Shown here: one piece after another, positions 36,102 to 46,300 of the stretch | Layout: each line of letters starts with the position of its first letter | Numbering within the stretch: position 1 is the first letter of the stretch | Assembly (NCBI GenBank): GCA_030583825.1 | Contig: CP129477.1 | Span: forward strand, 74,259-138,258 | Direction of reading: 5' to 3' | Origin: Candidatus Dojkabacteria bacterium | Lineage (GTDB): Bacteria > Patescibacteriota > Dojkabacteria > GCA-002793355 | DNA: 64,000 nt | Position numbers and translations under genes: made by a program | Notes under the pieces: model-generated | Database searches by the model: none | The model's input: the letters and a program-made list of their open reading frames with translations, nothing else | What the model was told of the DNA's origin: nothing

Positions 36102-37202
36102 ATGAATAGTTCAGATGTCATTTCATATAAACTCCTAGGGTTTGATGCTGACGCTTATTTTTCCCTCCAAAAAGAACAGATAAAAAAACGAGTTAAGAAA
36201 TTTGCCCACGGACGACTGTACCTCGAAGTTGGCGGAAAACTACTATTTGATCCTCACGCAAGCCGTGTGTTGCCAGGATTCGACCCAGAAGTCAAAAAGA
36301 AGTTGTTTAAAGAGCTCGCTGATAGCGCAGACTTTATTTATTGCGTTGACGCAAAAAGTATCACCGAAAATAGACAGCTAAAGAACACATCTGAAACCTA
36401 TCAGGAAGTAACAATGGCAATGATTCAATCACTCCATCAAGAGATTGGCAAAGCTCCATTTATTGCTATTAATCTTTGCGAACATACGCCTCAGCCAGAG
36501 GTTAAAAAGTATGCGCACGAGCTTAAACAGCTTGGGTATGAGACATTCTTTCGCTATATTATTCCAGGCTATCCGCATGATACAAAAGTTGTACTGAGCG
36601 ATAAAGGGTATGGGCAAGATGAGTACATTCCTGTTAAGAAAAAACTTGTTATTGTTACAGGAGCTGCGTCAAACAGTGGAAAGATGTCAACATGCCTTGG
36701 ACAAATTTACCATGATACTAAGCGCGGTTTGGAATCTGGATATGCCAAATATGAAACCTTCCCTATTTGGAATCTTCCATTAAACCACCCCGTAAACCTT
36801 GCATATGAGGCCGCAACTGTGGATATTGGAGACTACAATATGTACGACACATTCCACATGAACTATTACAAAGAAACCTCGGTTAATTACAATCGCGACG
36901 TAGCAGCATTTGAAATTCTTTTAATGCTCGGTCGGGAAATGCTTTCTGAGCAAAACCCCACACGCCAGTACCATTCACCCACCGATATGGGAATTAATTA
37001 CGCCGGCTTTGCAATCACTAACGATGAAGCAATCAGTATTGCAAGTCTTCAGGAAATCCGCCGCAGAAAAGTATGGTATACAGAAATTATTGAGCGTGGC
37101 CAAGGTTCAGAGAAATGGTTAGCAGACTGCGATACACTTGAAAAGAAAGCGCTTGAGTATATCGCATCTAAAAAGTACGATCTCAGCAAAAAACTCACGT
37201 AA
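36102..37202 (+). CDS. Conserved hypothetical protein (366 aa).
   Basis: Long ORF with even codon usage. No motif I can name confidently. Confidence 0.5.
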   Translation: MNSSDVISYKLLGFDADAYFSLQKEQIKKRVKKFAHGRLYLEVGGKLLFDPHASRVLPGFDPEVKKKLFKELADSADFIYCVDAKSITENRQLKNTSETYQEVTMAMIQSLHQEIGKAPFIAINLCEHTPQPEVKKYAHELKQLGYETFFRYIIPGYPHDTKVVLSDKGYGQDEYIPVKKKLVIVTGAASNSGKMSTCLGQIYHDTKRGLESGYAKYETFPIWNLPLNHPVNLAYEAATVDIGDYNMYDTFHMNYYKETSVNYNRDVAAFEILLMLGREMLSEQNPTRQYHSPTDMGINYAGFAITNDEAISIASLQEIRRRKVWYTEIIERGQGSEKWLADCDTLEKKALEYIASKKYDLSKKLT

Positions 37203-37229
37203 AACATAAATAATTTGAATATTTTTTAA

Positions 37230-37694
37230 ATGACAGAAAAACAAATGAAAAAAGTGGGAGAAGTTCTCGCATTTTCCGAAAGTTATCTTGTGCTTCTTGA
37301 TAAAGCCAATATTGCCGCGCGATTTTTATGGAATGACGACACACTTTCCTCAATTGTGCAAACACATAAAGGTCTTATCACAGAAATAAAAACAATTGCA
37401 CAGTCATTTCCTGATAGCGAAGTAGTTACCGAAAAGGCATCAAAAACAAAAGATAAACTGCTTTCTATGGCAGAGATGTATATCAAAGATGAATGGGATA
37501 ATCCAACGGAGCTCTTAGAGTGGCTTGGATTCTTCTCTGGCGCCGCAATTGTCCATTGGGCGCTTGTTGCGGGAATTGCTGATGCAAATAAATTAGCAAC
37601 ACTTTTGCCTTTAACACAGCATGCACTTGCCACATGGAATGAAACGTTTGATTTCGTTAAAACAGAGCTCTATGAAACGGGCAAACGAAAATAA
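37230..37694 (+). CDS. Hypothetical protein (154 aa).
   Basis: ORF only. Confidence 0.4.
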   Translation: MTEKQMKKVGEVLAFSESYLVLLDKANIAARFLWNDDTLSSIVQTHKGLITEIKTIAQSFPDSEVVTEKASKTKDKLLSMAEMYIKDEWDNPTELLEWLGFFSGAAIVHWALVAGIADANKLATLLPLTQHALATWNETFDFVKTELYETGKRK

Positions 37695-37755
37695 ATCACG
37701 CAAGTAATCCGTAATATACTAGGAATAAAAACCCTACTTTGTTGTAAACCTAGAA

Positions 37756-38289
37756 TTATAGTGAGCCGATGATCTTTTTCTTTAATTCTTCGAATTCAGC
37801 AGCTGTAATAACACTATCATCGAGCAGCTTTTTCAAATCTTTCAACTTTTCAGTGACATCACCACCTGGTGCTGAAGCGGCTGGTTGAACAGTAGCAGCA
37901 GGCGCAGCAGTAATTCCGAGCATTTCTCTTACTTTCGTAACTACTTCAGAAGGCTGGTAATTTGCCTTTACCAAATATTCTGTTGCTCCAAGGTCATATG
38001 CTCGTTGAATCTGATCTTGCTGTCCCAAGTTTGAAAGAACAATAATCTTTGCTCCCAATCCCGTATTGTCGCGAATTGCTTTGAGAACCTGAAATCCATC
38101 CATATTAGGCATAAGCAAATCTAACAAAATAATCTCAGGCTTATGCTCAACAGCTGCAAGTATTCCTTTTTCTCCATCAGTTGCTGTATGTACTTCAAAT
38201 CCTTCATGAGTAAACTTTAGGTCATACATCTCAACTAAGTCTGCATTATCTTCAATAATAAGTATTTTTGGTTTTGCCTGGGTTGCCAT
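37756..38289 (-). CDS. Response-regulator receiver (REC) domain protein with a C-terminal SHOCT-like tail.
   Basis: KILIIEDNADLVEMY...ILLDLLMPNMDGFQVLK...KIIVLSNLG is a CheY-like fold with the phosphoacceptor Asp. The C-terminal LLDDSVITAAEFEELKKKII is SHOCT-like. Confidence 0.65.
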   Translation of the reverse strand: MATQAKPKILIIEDNADLVEMYDLKFTHEGFEVHTATDGEKGILAAVEHKPEIILLDLLMPNMDGFQVLKAIRDNTGLGAKIIVLSNLGQQDQIQRAYDLGATEYLVKANYQPSEVVTKVREMLGITAAPAATVQPAASAPGGDVTEKLKDLKKLLDDSVITAAEFEELKKKIIGSL

Positions 38290-38444
38290 GGCAAGGTAAG
38301 TAAGATTATTTGCCCTACTATAGCACTATTTCGCCGCCATTGAAAAGAGCTGGGAATTATTGAGCTCTTTTGGTATCATACAAATGTTGCCACTAAATAT
38401 TTGATACTGAAATATCGAGTATTAAACGTAGTGCGAATAATTTT

Positions 38445-39074
38445 TTGATTTGCTATAATTACTTCATGTATCTAAACACTTCTCTCACACTCGAAAAGTT
38501 GCTTCGTTCAAAAACACGAACAAGAATTATTTGGTATTTTCTCGAAAACCTTGATACTAAAGTCGGGCTTCGAGAATTAAGCAGAATTGTTAAACTGCAA
38601 GTTCATGCTGTTGGACGAGAGCTTTTATTATTAAAACGCTCAAATTTGCTTATTGAAGAAAAAACTCCGGCAAAAAACTTCTACTCCATTAACTCAGCAC
38701 ATCCTTTCTTTTACGAAATCGTCTCGTTGTTTAACAAATCTTATGGTGTTGGTGGTATGATTATGAATAATCAGGATTTGTTTGATGGCTCCGATTTTGT
38801 CATTTTGACTTCTCACTTTCTTTTTAAACAACCAAAATCGAAGTATGATATTGACCTTTTGATCGTTGGAACACCTAAAATTGATCAAGTTTCAATCTTT
38901 ATTCACAATATTGAGGCAAGTTTACAGCGCGAAATTTTATATACAATCATTAACCCAACAGATTTTCGCGGTAGAAAACAAAAACTCGACTCATTTATCT
39001 GGAACATTTTAGAAAAACCAAATGTTGTTCTTATTGGTAAGCAACCAGAACTTTTGAAAGCATTTGTCAATTAA
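38445..39074 (+). CDS. Hypothetical protein with an N-terminal wHTH-like segment.
   Basis: ORF with LRSKTRTRIIWYFLENLDTKVGLRELSRIV. Confidence 0.4.
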   Translation: MICYNYFMYLNTSLTLEKLLRSKTRTRIIWYFLENLDTKVGLRELSRIVKLQVHAVGRELLLLKRSNLLIEEKTPAKNFYSINSAHPFFYEIVSLFNKSYGVGGMIMNNQDLFDGSDFVILTSHFLFKQPKSKYDIDLLIVGTPKIDQVSIFIHNIEASLQREILYTIINPTDFRGRKQKLDSFIWNILEKPNVVLIGKQPELLKAFVN

Positions 39075-39166
39075 TATCTCTTTAAAGTTTACAGACTTCT
39101 GGTAAAATATGTAAACCTTTGCGATTCCATAGCAAATTTCACAAGAAATCTGTAAATTGATAACCG

Positions 39167-40285
39167 CTATATAATAAGCATTGAATCTCCGTAAGAAAAG
39201 AGTTTTGCGTCATTTTTTATAGCGAATTCGTATATGTGCTTCCAACTCAGCTTTGAATTTTTATATCGCAGAAATGCATCTACCAATACAAGTAGTGAAC
39301 TTTGGGGAACGTGGAAATTAGTTAATAATCCCGTAATAATTTTAAAATTGTACGGGTGGTAAATGAATAAATTTGTTGCAGCAATTTCATTATTTGAGTT
39401 TATCGCTGCACTTTCAATTGCTCGCATCGCCGTTGTTCCCATAGCTATAATTTTTCGTGCGGAGTTAAGACTGTCTTTGCAAAGTTGTAACGTTTCTTCG
39501 GGGGCATTATATACTTCAGCATGAAGCGTATTTTTTTCAATTGTGTTCTCGTACAATGGAGCAAATGTTCCTAAGCCAACATGAAGAGTCACATCAGTAA
39601 GATATACGCCTTTTCTCTTCAATTTGGCCTCAATTTCGTTCGTAAAGTTTAAAGAGGCAGTTGGAGCCGCGGCAGATCCTAATTGAGTACCAAACACCGT
39701 CTGATAACGCTCTTTGTCACCTTTATCATCAGTGCGCTTCAAATAGGGCGGAATAGGTGTGCCGCCATGCTTTTCCAAAAACTTCAGTAATGCCGAAATT
39801 GCGGCACTATTATTTATCGCCTTTGGATAGAACAATTCAAGATATTGTTCTCCATCTCGCAAGACAATTCGGCCTTTCCATCCTTCCTTAAAAAGATACC
39901 ATGTTACCTTCTCTTTTAGCTTCTGCTTTGCACGCACAAGTACCGGCAGAAAAAATGACTGAGAATGGCGATCAAATTGTCTGGATAAATACTCAGCAAA
40001 AACAATACTTCCAGACGATAAAATAAGAATTTCAATAGCTTTTTGTTTGGTTTGCTCACCAATAACGATATCTGTAGTAAAAATACGCGAATTAATTACT
40101 TTTGTCACATTACGAATGAGAATATCACCACCCGTGAGAACCTTTGGCAAATCTTTATATTTGAGAATATCAATCTCGCCTGTTTGGGTGTATACAACAA
40201 ATAGCTTTGAAGTACCTCGTACTTTTGGCGGGCGAATAGCAATTGCGTCTTCGGGATATTTGTAGTCAAAGTCTGAAAGTTTCAT
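39167..40285 (-). CDS. queA: S-adenosylmethionine:tRNA ribosyltransferase-isomerase.
   Basis: N-terminal MKLSDFDYKYPEDAIAIRPPKVRGTSKLFVV and C-terminal FSYGDSMLI match conserved QueA termini. Length is 372 aa. Confidence 0.75.
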   Translation of the reverse strand: MKLSDFDYKYPEDAIAIRPPKVRGTSKLFVVYTQTGEIDILKYKDLPKVLTGGDILIRNVTKVINSRIFTTDIVIGEQTKQKAIEILILSSGSIVFAEYLSRQFDRHSQSFFLPVLVRAKQKLKEKVTWYLFKEGWKGRIVLRDGEQYLELFYPKAINNSAAISALLKFLEKHGGTPIPPYLKRTDDKGDKERYQTVFGTQLGSAAAPTASLNFTNEIEAKLKRKGVYLTDVTLHVGLGTFAPLYENTIEKNTLHAEVYNAPEETLQLCKDSLNSARKIIAMGTTAMRAIESAAINSNNEIAATNLFIYHPYNFKIITGLLTNFHVPQSSLLVLVDAFLRYKNSKLSWKHIYEFAIKNDAKLFSYGDSMLII

Positions 40286-40333
40286 ATTTCCGCTACGGTT
40301 CCAATTTTAAATTGAAATCTGCAATGTAAATTT

Positions 40334-40572
40334 CACACACACGGCTTGACGTAAGCCAGTTTCTGTTGCGCATCTTATTTCTCTAAGCGGTTTCCTTGCT
40401 CATGCCAGGGGTTATCTATAGCGGCACTGCCGCGTTTCACCCTATGACGGTCTTGTTTCTGTGACCCTCTCCGCAAAGTTTCCTCTGCCGTGCTTGCGCA
40501 CGTGGCGTTCATAGAGACTGGACTTTCCTCATCATTTTGTAATGCAAGATGCTCTCAAACCGTGCGTGTATG
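40334..40572 (-). ncRNA. rnpB: RNase P RNA (bacterial type A-like, reduced size).
   Basis: On the minus strand I read GAGGAAAGTCCAG (P4 5' strand), AGGGTGAAACGCGGCAGTGCCGC (P10-P11 region) and ACAGAAACTGGCTTACG (P4 3' strand). A P1 pairing ACGCACGGTTTG/CAAGCCGTGTGT closes it. GC content is well above the flanks. Confidence 0.7.
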
Positions 40573-40636
40573 TATTATACCGTGAATCATAATTGAATAC
40601 GAAATCTAATCATTTTTCATGTGGCATAAATGAACT

Positions 40637-41587
40637 ATGATTTACACACAATTATACGAGCATAAAAGTTGCTCAATCGTTCCATGTACGGCAATTGTCC
40701 AAAGAGGAATTCGTAAATGTACATACAATCGCCCACTCAAAAGCTATTACCAAGATTTTACTCCACTCTTGTGGCACTGTTTAAAGCAGGCGGGATATTC
40801 TTCATATACGCATAAAATCGCGTTATTTCTTGAAACAGAATTAGAAAAAGTCTCAGCACCGGAATATCAGCTTCCTCTTTTCCTTAGTGTTTTGGAACAA
40901 ATGGAATTTATAAAACCAAAGACAACAATTATAACGAATGGTATTTATCGTCCGGCATTGGGAAAATGGCATATACGCAATGATTTTTGGAACACTGCCA
41001 TAATCCCTATCGAAAATTATGCGATCCTTCCTCCTATTACAGTAACGACACTAGAATTGATTGCACATTGCGCCCACTTAAAAAATGTGACAAATAAAGC
41101 CCAAGCGACACTGCCTACATCTATAAAAAGACTTATTATTGGAGGGAATCTCATTCATAAAAAAGTGTTGGATACTTGCAATGTAACAAATCCTACGGTC
41201 ATAAGCTGGTTTCAACGATTTTACCCAGATCTTGTGACCCAAAAAGGAGGCTTAGCATTCATTATCATCGGCCCGACAACGTTAAAACTATTAAAATCTA
41301 TTCCTGCGGAAATAAAAGGAGGAATACATGTTGTTGTGGACTTGAACCATGTTACTGACCTCAGACAGGCGATGACATTATTTCAAACTATGGAGTATTT
41401 TTCTCATGTAACAATTCTTTTTCCCAAGCTTGAACGAACACCCCACACGCTTGAAACAAATCAGTTAAAAATTCACGATTATGTATTGAAACATCTATCA
41501 CTGTTTAGCGATATACAATACGCACAAAATGAAAATACATATCGTAGTATAAATACAGAGGAAACGACCTCAATATTAACGCTTTGA
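40637..41587 (+). CDS. Hypothetical protein (316 aa).
   Basis: ORF only. Confidence 0.4.
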   Translation: MIYTQLYEHKSCSIVPCTAIVQRGIRKCTYNRPLKSYYQDFTPLLWHCLKQAGYSSYTHKIALFLETELEKVSAPEYQLPLFLSVLEQMEFIKPKTTIITNGIYRPALGKWHIRNDFWNTAIIPIENYAILPPITVTTLELIAHCAHLKNVTNKAQATLPTSIKRLIIGGNLIHKKVLDTCNVTNPTVISWFQRFYPDLVTQKGGLAFIIIGPTTLKLLKSIPAEIKGGIHVVVDLNHVTDLRQAMTLFQTMEYFSHVTILFPKLERTPHTLETNQLKIHDYVLKHLSLFSDIQYAQNENTYRSINTEETTSILTL

Positions 41588-41980
41588 GAATCGTGGTGCT
41601 TTACGAGCTTTCTTCAAACCTGCCTTCTTTCGCTCAACTGCACGTGCATCTCGAGTAAGAAAACCTGCTTTTCGAAGTGGTGACTTCAATTCTTCGTCCA
41701 TATTGACCAATGCTCGGGCAATACCAAGAATAATGGCATCTTTCCAACCGTTACGTCCACCACCTGAGATTTTTGCGGAAATTGAATACTTTCCAGCAAG
41801 GTTTACTGCTTTAAATGGAGCAACTAAATCACCCTGCTCTATTTCGTGAGGAAAGAATGCATCAAGAGCCTGCTCGTTAATAACAAAGGTTGTATCTTTT
41901 GAAGCAAAAATTCGAACTCGGGCAACTGTTGTTTTGCGTCGTCCGACTCCTTCAAAATATTTTCCTGTCATCTTTTCCAT
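41576..41980 (-). CDS. rpsI: 30S ribosomal protein S9.
   Basis: The C-terminus KKARKAPRFSKR is S9-specific. Confidence 0.9.
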   Translation of the reverse strand: MEKMTGKYFEGVGRRKTTVARVRIFASKDTTFVINEQALDAFFPHEIEQGDLVAPFKAVNLAGKYSISAKISGGGRNGWKDAIILGIARALVNMDEELKSPLRKAGFLTRDARAVERKKAGLKKARKAPRFSKR

Positions 41981-41991
41981 TTATTATAACG

Positions 41992-42441
41992 CTACAAATT
42001 AATCTTTTCTGGTTTCTGTGCTTCGTGAGGATGAGTTCCACCTGCATAAAGATACAAGCGGGCAAGCATTCTGTCTCGAAGTTTGTTATTTGGCAACATG
42101 CCTTTTATCGCATGACGAATAACGTCATCTGGCTTGTTGCTTAACAAATCTTTAATCTTTGTTCTTTTCAATCCACCAGGATAACCGCTATAACGCTGAA
42201 TATCTACATATTGCTCTTTTCCACCTGTTAAAGTAACCTTTTCGATGTTAACAATAATAACATTGTTTCCCATATCGAGGTGAGCATCGTATGATGGGCT
42301 ATTTTTACCCATAAGATACTTTGCAATTTCTGTGCATGCACGCCCTAACGTTTTTCCTTCAACATCAAAGACATACCATGATCGCTCAACTTCTTTACCC
42401 TTGAGCCACGTTGTTTTGTTCATCGGTCTTTTTCTGATCAA
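41992..42441 (-). CDS. rplM: 50S ribosomal protein L13.
   Basis: N-terminus KTTWLKGKEVERSWYVFDVEGKTLGR. Confidence 0.9.
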   Translation of the reverse strand: MIRKRPMNKTTWLKGKEVERSWYVFDVEGKTLGRACTEIAKYLMGKNSPSYDAHLDMGNNVIIVNIEKVTLTGGKEQYVDIQRYSGYPGGLKRTKIKDLLSNKPDDVIRHAIKGMLPNNKLRDRMLARLYLYAGGTHPHEAQKPEKINL

Positions 42442-42793
42442 AATTTAAGATGCTGACTTCATATTGCACAGCGTTATCTCCTTTTCGTGGTGCTACTTTA
42501 ACAATAGATACTTTAAAAGCATCTTTCAATGCTGCAAGCTTATCCATCGCTCGCTTTCTAAACTTCATAGAGCTGATATTCTCGTTTGCCCATCGTTTCA
42601 AGCTTCGTGAGTCTGACTGCTTTGCATAATCTGCTGCAAGTGACTGAGCATATGATTTCAAGCTCTTTGCACGCTTTACAGTAGTTGTAACAACTCCGTA
42701 AACAATAAGGCTTGTAAATAAATTCTTAATAAGGAGCTTATCGTGTGATCGCTTCGTTGTATTAAGATTTAGTCTTTTTACTCTTTTTCTCAT
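42395..42793 (-). CDS. rplQ: 50S ribosomal protein L17.
   Basis: L17-like sequence downstream of rpoA. Confidence 0.8.
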   Translation of the reverse strand: MRKRVKRLNLNTTKRSHDKLLIKNLFTSLIVYGVVTTTVKRAKSLKSYAQSLAADYAKQSDSRSLKRWANENISSMKFRKRAMDKLAALKDAFKVSIVKVAPRKGDNAVQYEVSILNFDQKKTDEQNNVAQG

Positions 42794-43712
42794 CTTTCGC
42801 TAATTCAAGGTTAAACGATTTTAGTACTGTCTCAAGCTCTTTTACCTGTTTTGCTTTCAAACCAAGCTCTTTTGAATAAAAAGTCTTTGGCTTTGTTGCG
42901 ATTTGATCAACTGTGGTAATTCCTGCTCCTTCGAGAAGTGAAATAACATCTGCTGATACACCCTGATCACCAAGTGAAATTGATGATGGATCAATACTTA
43001 CTGAAGCAACTGCTCCGGCTGCGGCACCATTGGCGACAATATCCATTTCTTCGTAGAACGATCGCAATGTATTTACTGCCTGCATGATTGATTCTTCTGG
43101 AGAAATTGTTCCATCTGTTGTAACGTTCAATACAATCTTATCGAGGTCGGTTCGTGATCCTTTTCGGGATGGAAGAATTTTTGCATCAGCAACCAATACT
43201 GGGCTAAACAATGAGTCGACTGGAATTCTTCCGATCTCATCGCGAAGTGATTCTTCTGCTCTTTTGTAGCCGATTCCCTTTTCAACAACTGCTTCGATTG
43301 TCAACTGTGCGGATGCATCTGTTAAATCTGCAACGACATAATCTTTATTAACAATAGTCACATCTGATGTTGAAACAAAGTCTCCTGCAACAATCTGGCC
43401 AAGACCTTTCTTTGCCAATGTGAGAATTGTTTGGTCACCGTGATTCATTTTGATACGAACATTCTTCAAGCGAAGAACAATATCAAGGATATTCTGGCGA
43501 ACACCTGGAATTGTCGTAAATTCATGATCAAGGTTGTTAACTCGGATGCTGGTAATTGCTGCACCTTCTAATGAAGACAACAATACTCGTCGCAAGCTAT
43601 TTCCTAATGTATACCCGTATCCTTTTGGAAGTGGGCCAATCTCAAACACTGCTGATGAATTGGCAGCATCTTCTGAGACTTTTGTTATTGTAATACCTGA
43701 GAAAGATATCAT
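42762..43712 (-). CDS. rpoA: DNA-directed RNA polymerase alpha subunit.
   Basis: N-terminal domain motifs (GYGYTLGNSLRRVLLSS). Sits in the rpsD-rpoA-rplQ arrangement. Confidence 0.9.
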   Translation of the reverse strand: MISFSGITITKVSEDAANSSAVFEIGPLPKGYGYTLGNSLRRVLLSSLEGAAITSIRVNNLDHEFTTIPGVRQNILDIVLRLKNVRIKMNHGDQTILTLAKKGLGQIVAGDFVSTSDVTIVNKDYVVADLTDASAQLTIEAVVEKGIGYKRAEESLRDEIGRIPVDSLFSPVLVADAKILPSRKGSRTDLDKIVLNVTTDGTISPEESIMQAVNTLRSFYEEMDIVANGAAAGAVASVSIDPSSISLGDQGVSADVISLLEGAGITTVDQIATKPKTFYSKELGLKAKQVKELETVLKSFNLELAKDEKKSKKTKS

Positions 43713-43730
43713 TCTCTTAGACGTGTTAAA

Positions 43731-44339
43731 TTATCTTGAGTACAACTCAACAATTAAAGATTCCTTTATTGAAGGGTCAATCTGATCACGTGTCGGCAAT
43801 GCTGCAACAACGATTTTGTTACCTTCTGGAGTTACCCATGATGGAATAACAACACCTTTATAGTCAGCTTTTACCAAGTCTGCTAATTTTTCAGAAATTT
43901 CAATAACATCTCCAACATTTACAATTGCAGACGGAGATCCTAATCTCTTTCCATTTACTTTTACATGCCTATGAGCAACAAGCTGTCTTGCTGCATTCTT
44001 TGACTTTGCGAGTGATGCAACATAAATGACATTGTCCAAACGACGCTCTAAAAGCTGAAGAAAGATATAACCTTTATCTTGGTTAGTATTTGTGGCTGTT
44101 CGCAATGCTTTTGCATAGAATGTACGGAACTGTTTTTCTTTCATACCATACATTCGCTTTACCTTCTGTTTTTCACGCAACTGACGTGCGTAAGTTGACA
44201 TTCTTGAAGGAGTTGCTCCGTGCTGACCTGGACGTGTTTGTCGCTTTGTCCAAGCTTCTTTTGAAGAAAAGCTCTTTGCTCCCTTCACGAAAAGGTTCAT
44301 TCCTTCTCTTCTGCTTAATCTTTCTTTTGGCCCAATCAT
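43731..44339 (-). CDS. rpsD: 30S ribosomal protein S4.
   Basis: MIGPKERLSRREG...; an S4 domain is present. Confidence 0.9.
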   Translation of the reverse strand: MIGPKERLSRREGMNLFVKGAKSFSSKEAWTKRQTRPGQHGATPSRMSTYARQLREKQKVKRMYGMKEKQFRTFYAKALRTATNTNQDKGYIFLQLLERRLDNVIYVASLAKSKNAARQLVAHRHVKVNGKRLGSPSAIVNVGDVIEISEKLADLVKADYKGVVIPSWVTPEGNKIVVAALPTRDQIDPSIKESLIVELYSR

Positions 44340-44364
44340 ATTTCGTTAGTTCTCAAAGTTAAAC

Positions 44365-44784
44365 TTACTTCCTCGGTTTTCTTGGTGGTCGGCATCCATT
44401 ATGTGGAGTTCGGGTAATATCTGCAAGCATTGTGATGTTCAACCCTGCGGATGACAATCCTTTAATTGCTGCATTACGTCCGACACCTGCACCTTTGACG
44501 TATACTTTAATATCTTTCAATGAGTATTTTTCGACTGCTGATGTTCCTGCGGCGACAGCTGCTTTTGTAGCTGCAAATGCTGTTCGTTTTTTGGAGTTTT
44601 TAAATCCTACCTTTGCTGGAGAAAAAGAAACCAATACATTTCCTTGCTCATCAGAGAGCGTAATAATTGTATTGTTGAAAGAAGCCAAAATGTTTGCAAC
44701 ACCCGCTGCAACCTTTACGCGCACTTTCTTTGACTTTTTCTTTTCTGTTTTTGCCTTTGTTGAGGTCTTCGTTGACTCTGCCAT
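44365..44784 (-). CDS. rpsK: 30S ribosomal protein S11.
   Basis: GVANILASFNNTIITLSD and a C-terminal GCRPPRKPRK. Confidence 0.9.
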   Translation of the reverse strand: MAESTKTSTKAKTEKKKSKKVRVKVAAGVANILASFNNTIITLSDEQGNVLVSFSPAKVGFKNSKKRTAFAATKAAVAAGTSAVEKYSLKDIKVYVKGAGVGRNAAIKGLSSAGLNITMLADITRTPHNGCRPPRKPRK

Positions 44785-44801
44785 TAAGTAAGAATATTAA
44801 A

Positions 44802-45185
44802 CTAAGTTTTAGTTACTTTTGGATTTAATCCACCAACTGCTTGATTTCGTCCTTTACGAGTATGTGCATTATGTCGTGTTCTTTGTCCACGGGCTGGTAA
44901 ACCAAGAATATGACGAATGCCTCTATAAGAGCGAATATCTCTCAAGCGGCGAATATGCTCTTTTGTTTCTTGCTTAAGCTGACCTTCTACAAGAAAGTTA
45001 GCTTCGATGTATGACTGAATTTTCTTGATTTCTTCATCTTTGATTTCTGCCATTTTCTTTTCACCATCAATCTTTGATGCTGTAAGAATTTCATCTGCAC
45101 GCTTTGGGCCAATGCCATAAAGGTAACGCAATGAAATACGAATCTTTTTATTATCTGGGAGAAGTACACCTAAAATTCTAGCCAT
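44802..45185 (-). CDS. rpsM: 30S ribosomal protein S13.
   Basis: MARILGVLLPDNKKIRISLRYLYGIG. Confidence 0.9.
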   Translation of the reverse strand: MARILGVLLPDNKKIRISLRYLYGIGPKRADEILTASKIDGEKKMAEIKDEEIKKIQSYIEANFLVEGQLKQETKEHIRRLRDIRSYRGIRHILGLPARGQRTRHNAHTRKGRNQAVGGLNPKVTKT

Positions 45186-45201
45186 ATTCTATATCAATAT
45201 A

Positions 45202-45345
45202 TTATCCTTGTTTCTGCTTATGCTTTGGATTAGCACTGCAATAAATATATACAGTCTTCTTATGGGGCTTTCCACGACCTTTTTTAGTTCTAATAACGAC
45301 GTAGCAATGTGGACATCGCTTTTTAACTGATGCTCGTACTTTCAT
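45202..45345 (-). CDS. rpmJ: 50S ribosomal protein L36 (47 aa, zinc ribbon).
   Basis: Manual translation gives [47 protein letters not shown]. It is below the ORF-track cutoff and lies between infA and rpsM. Confidence 0.8.
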   Translation of the reverse strand: MKVRASVKKRCPHCYVVIRTKKGRGKPHKKTVYIYCSANPKHKQKQG

Positions 45346-45554
45346 CTATATCTATAAACAATTTTACCTTGTGTTGGGTCGTAGCTCGAAAGCTCGATTT
45401 TTACCCTGTCTCCTTCGGTTATCATAATGTGGTTTAATCTGATTTTCCCGGATACGTAGCAAGTGAATACTTTGGATTTCCCTTTGTATTCAATTTCTAC
45501 TTTGTATTTACCATCCGGTAGAGAAGAAATCACTTTACCTTCCAATGAAACCAT
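45342..45554 (-). CDS. infA: Translation initiation factor IF-1.
   Basis: S1-like fold, [49 protein letters not shown]. Confidence 0.85.
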   Translation of the reverse strand: MVSLEGKVISSLPDGKYKVEIEYKGKSKVFTCYVSGKIRLNHIMITEGDRVKIELSSYDPTQGKIVYRYR

Positions 45555-45589
45555 AGGACTTTTGATTATACCAACATTTCTATTTTAGT

Positions 45590-46270
45590 TCAATTCTCCG
45601 TTGAGACTTTTGGAATTCTATATTGCCTCTCGGTCTTTGTCAATACAGGAGGGCCTATTTTTATATCGCCACGAAGGAAATTTTTATCATTTTCTGAAAA
45701 AAGAAGTTTTTCAGCTGTATTTTTATCTATTTTTAGTATCATATCTACTTTCCACGTCTTTTCGAATTCTTTTGCAATGCCCAAAATAGTGTTTTTTATA
45801 CGAAACATGAGCGAATCACGAATGTAAAAGCCGCTGTCAGAAAAAGTACCTTCTAAAGAAATAGTATTGCCATACTTTTCCCGAATTTCTTCAATAGCGG
45901 CACAGAGATATAAGTATTCTGCCCTATTATTAAGCTCGACTTTCCCAATATTTGCACGTGTTTTATCGTCATTTGCTAATAAAAACAACGAAATAGGCTC
46001 TATAGGAGACTCTTTTAATTGCTTTAACTTCCACATAAATAATCTACCACCATTTGTCCCTGGAGAAATCGTTGCAATCACATAGGAATATGCTGCCATA
46101 ATAAGCTCTTGTTCTTCGTATTTCGCTAATTTCATATAGAGTGTCTTAGATCTCGGATCATTCAACTTTTCGGTAAGCATAAGAGCAAGTTCCTGAAACG
46201 AATATTTCACGCGAGAACGACGTTTATTTACGTCTTCTACAATTTTTTGGAGATCAAAAACGAGTTTCAT
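45590..46270 (-). CDS. Hypothetical protein (226 aa).
   Basis: ORF only. Confidence 0.4.
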   Translation of the reverse strand: MKLVFDLQKIVEDVNKRRSRVKYSFQELALMLTEKLNDPRSKTLYMKLAKYEEQELIMAAYSYVIATISPGTNGGRLFMWKLKQLKESPIEPISLFLLANDDKTRANIGKVELNNRAEYLYLCAAIEEIREKYGNTISLEGTFSDSGFYIRDSLMFRIKNTILGIAKEFEKTWKVDMILKIDKNTAEKLLFSENDKNFLRGDIKIGPPVLTKTERQYRIPKVSTEN

Positions 46271-46300
46271 AGAGATATTATAAGGGAAAGAGCATGAATT

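Noticed and set aside
44432-44791. 119-aa ORF antisense to rpsK
   Set aside because: It lies entirely within a highly conserved ribosomal protein gene on the opposite strand.
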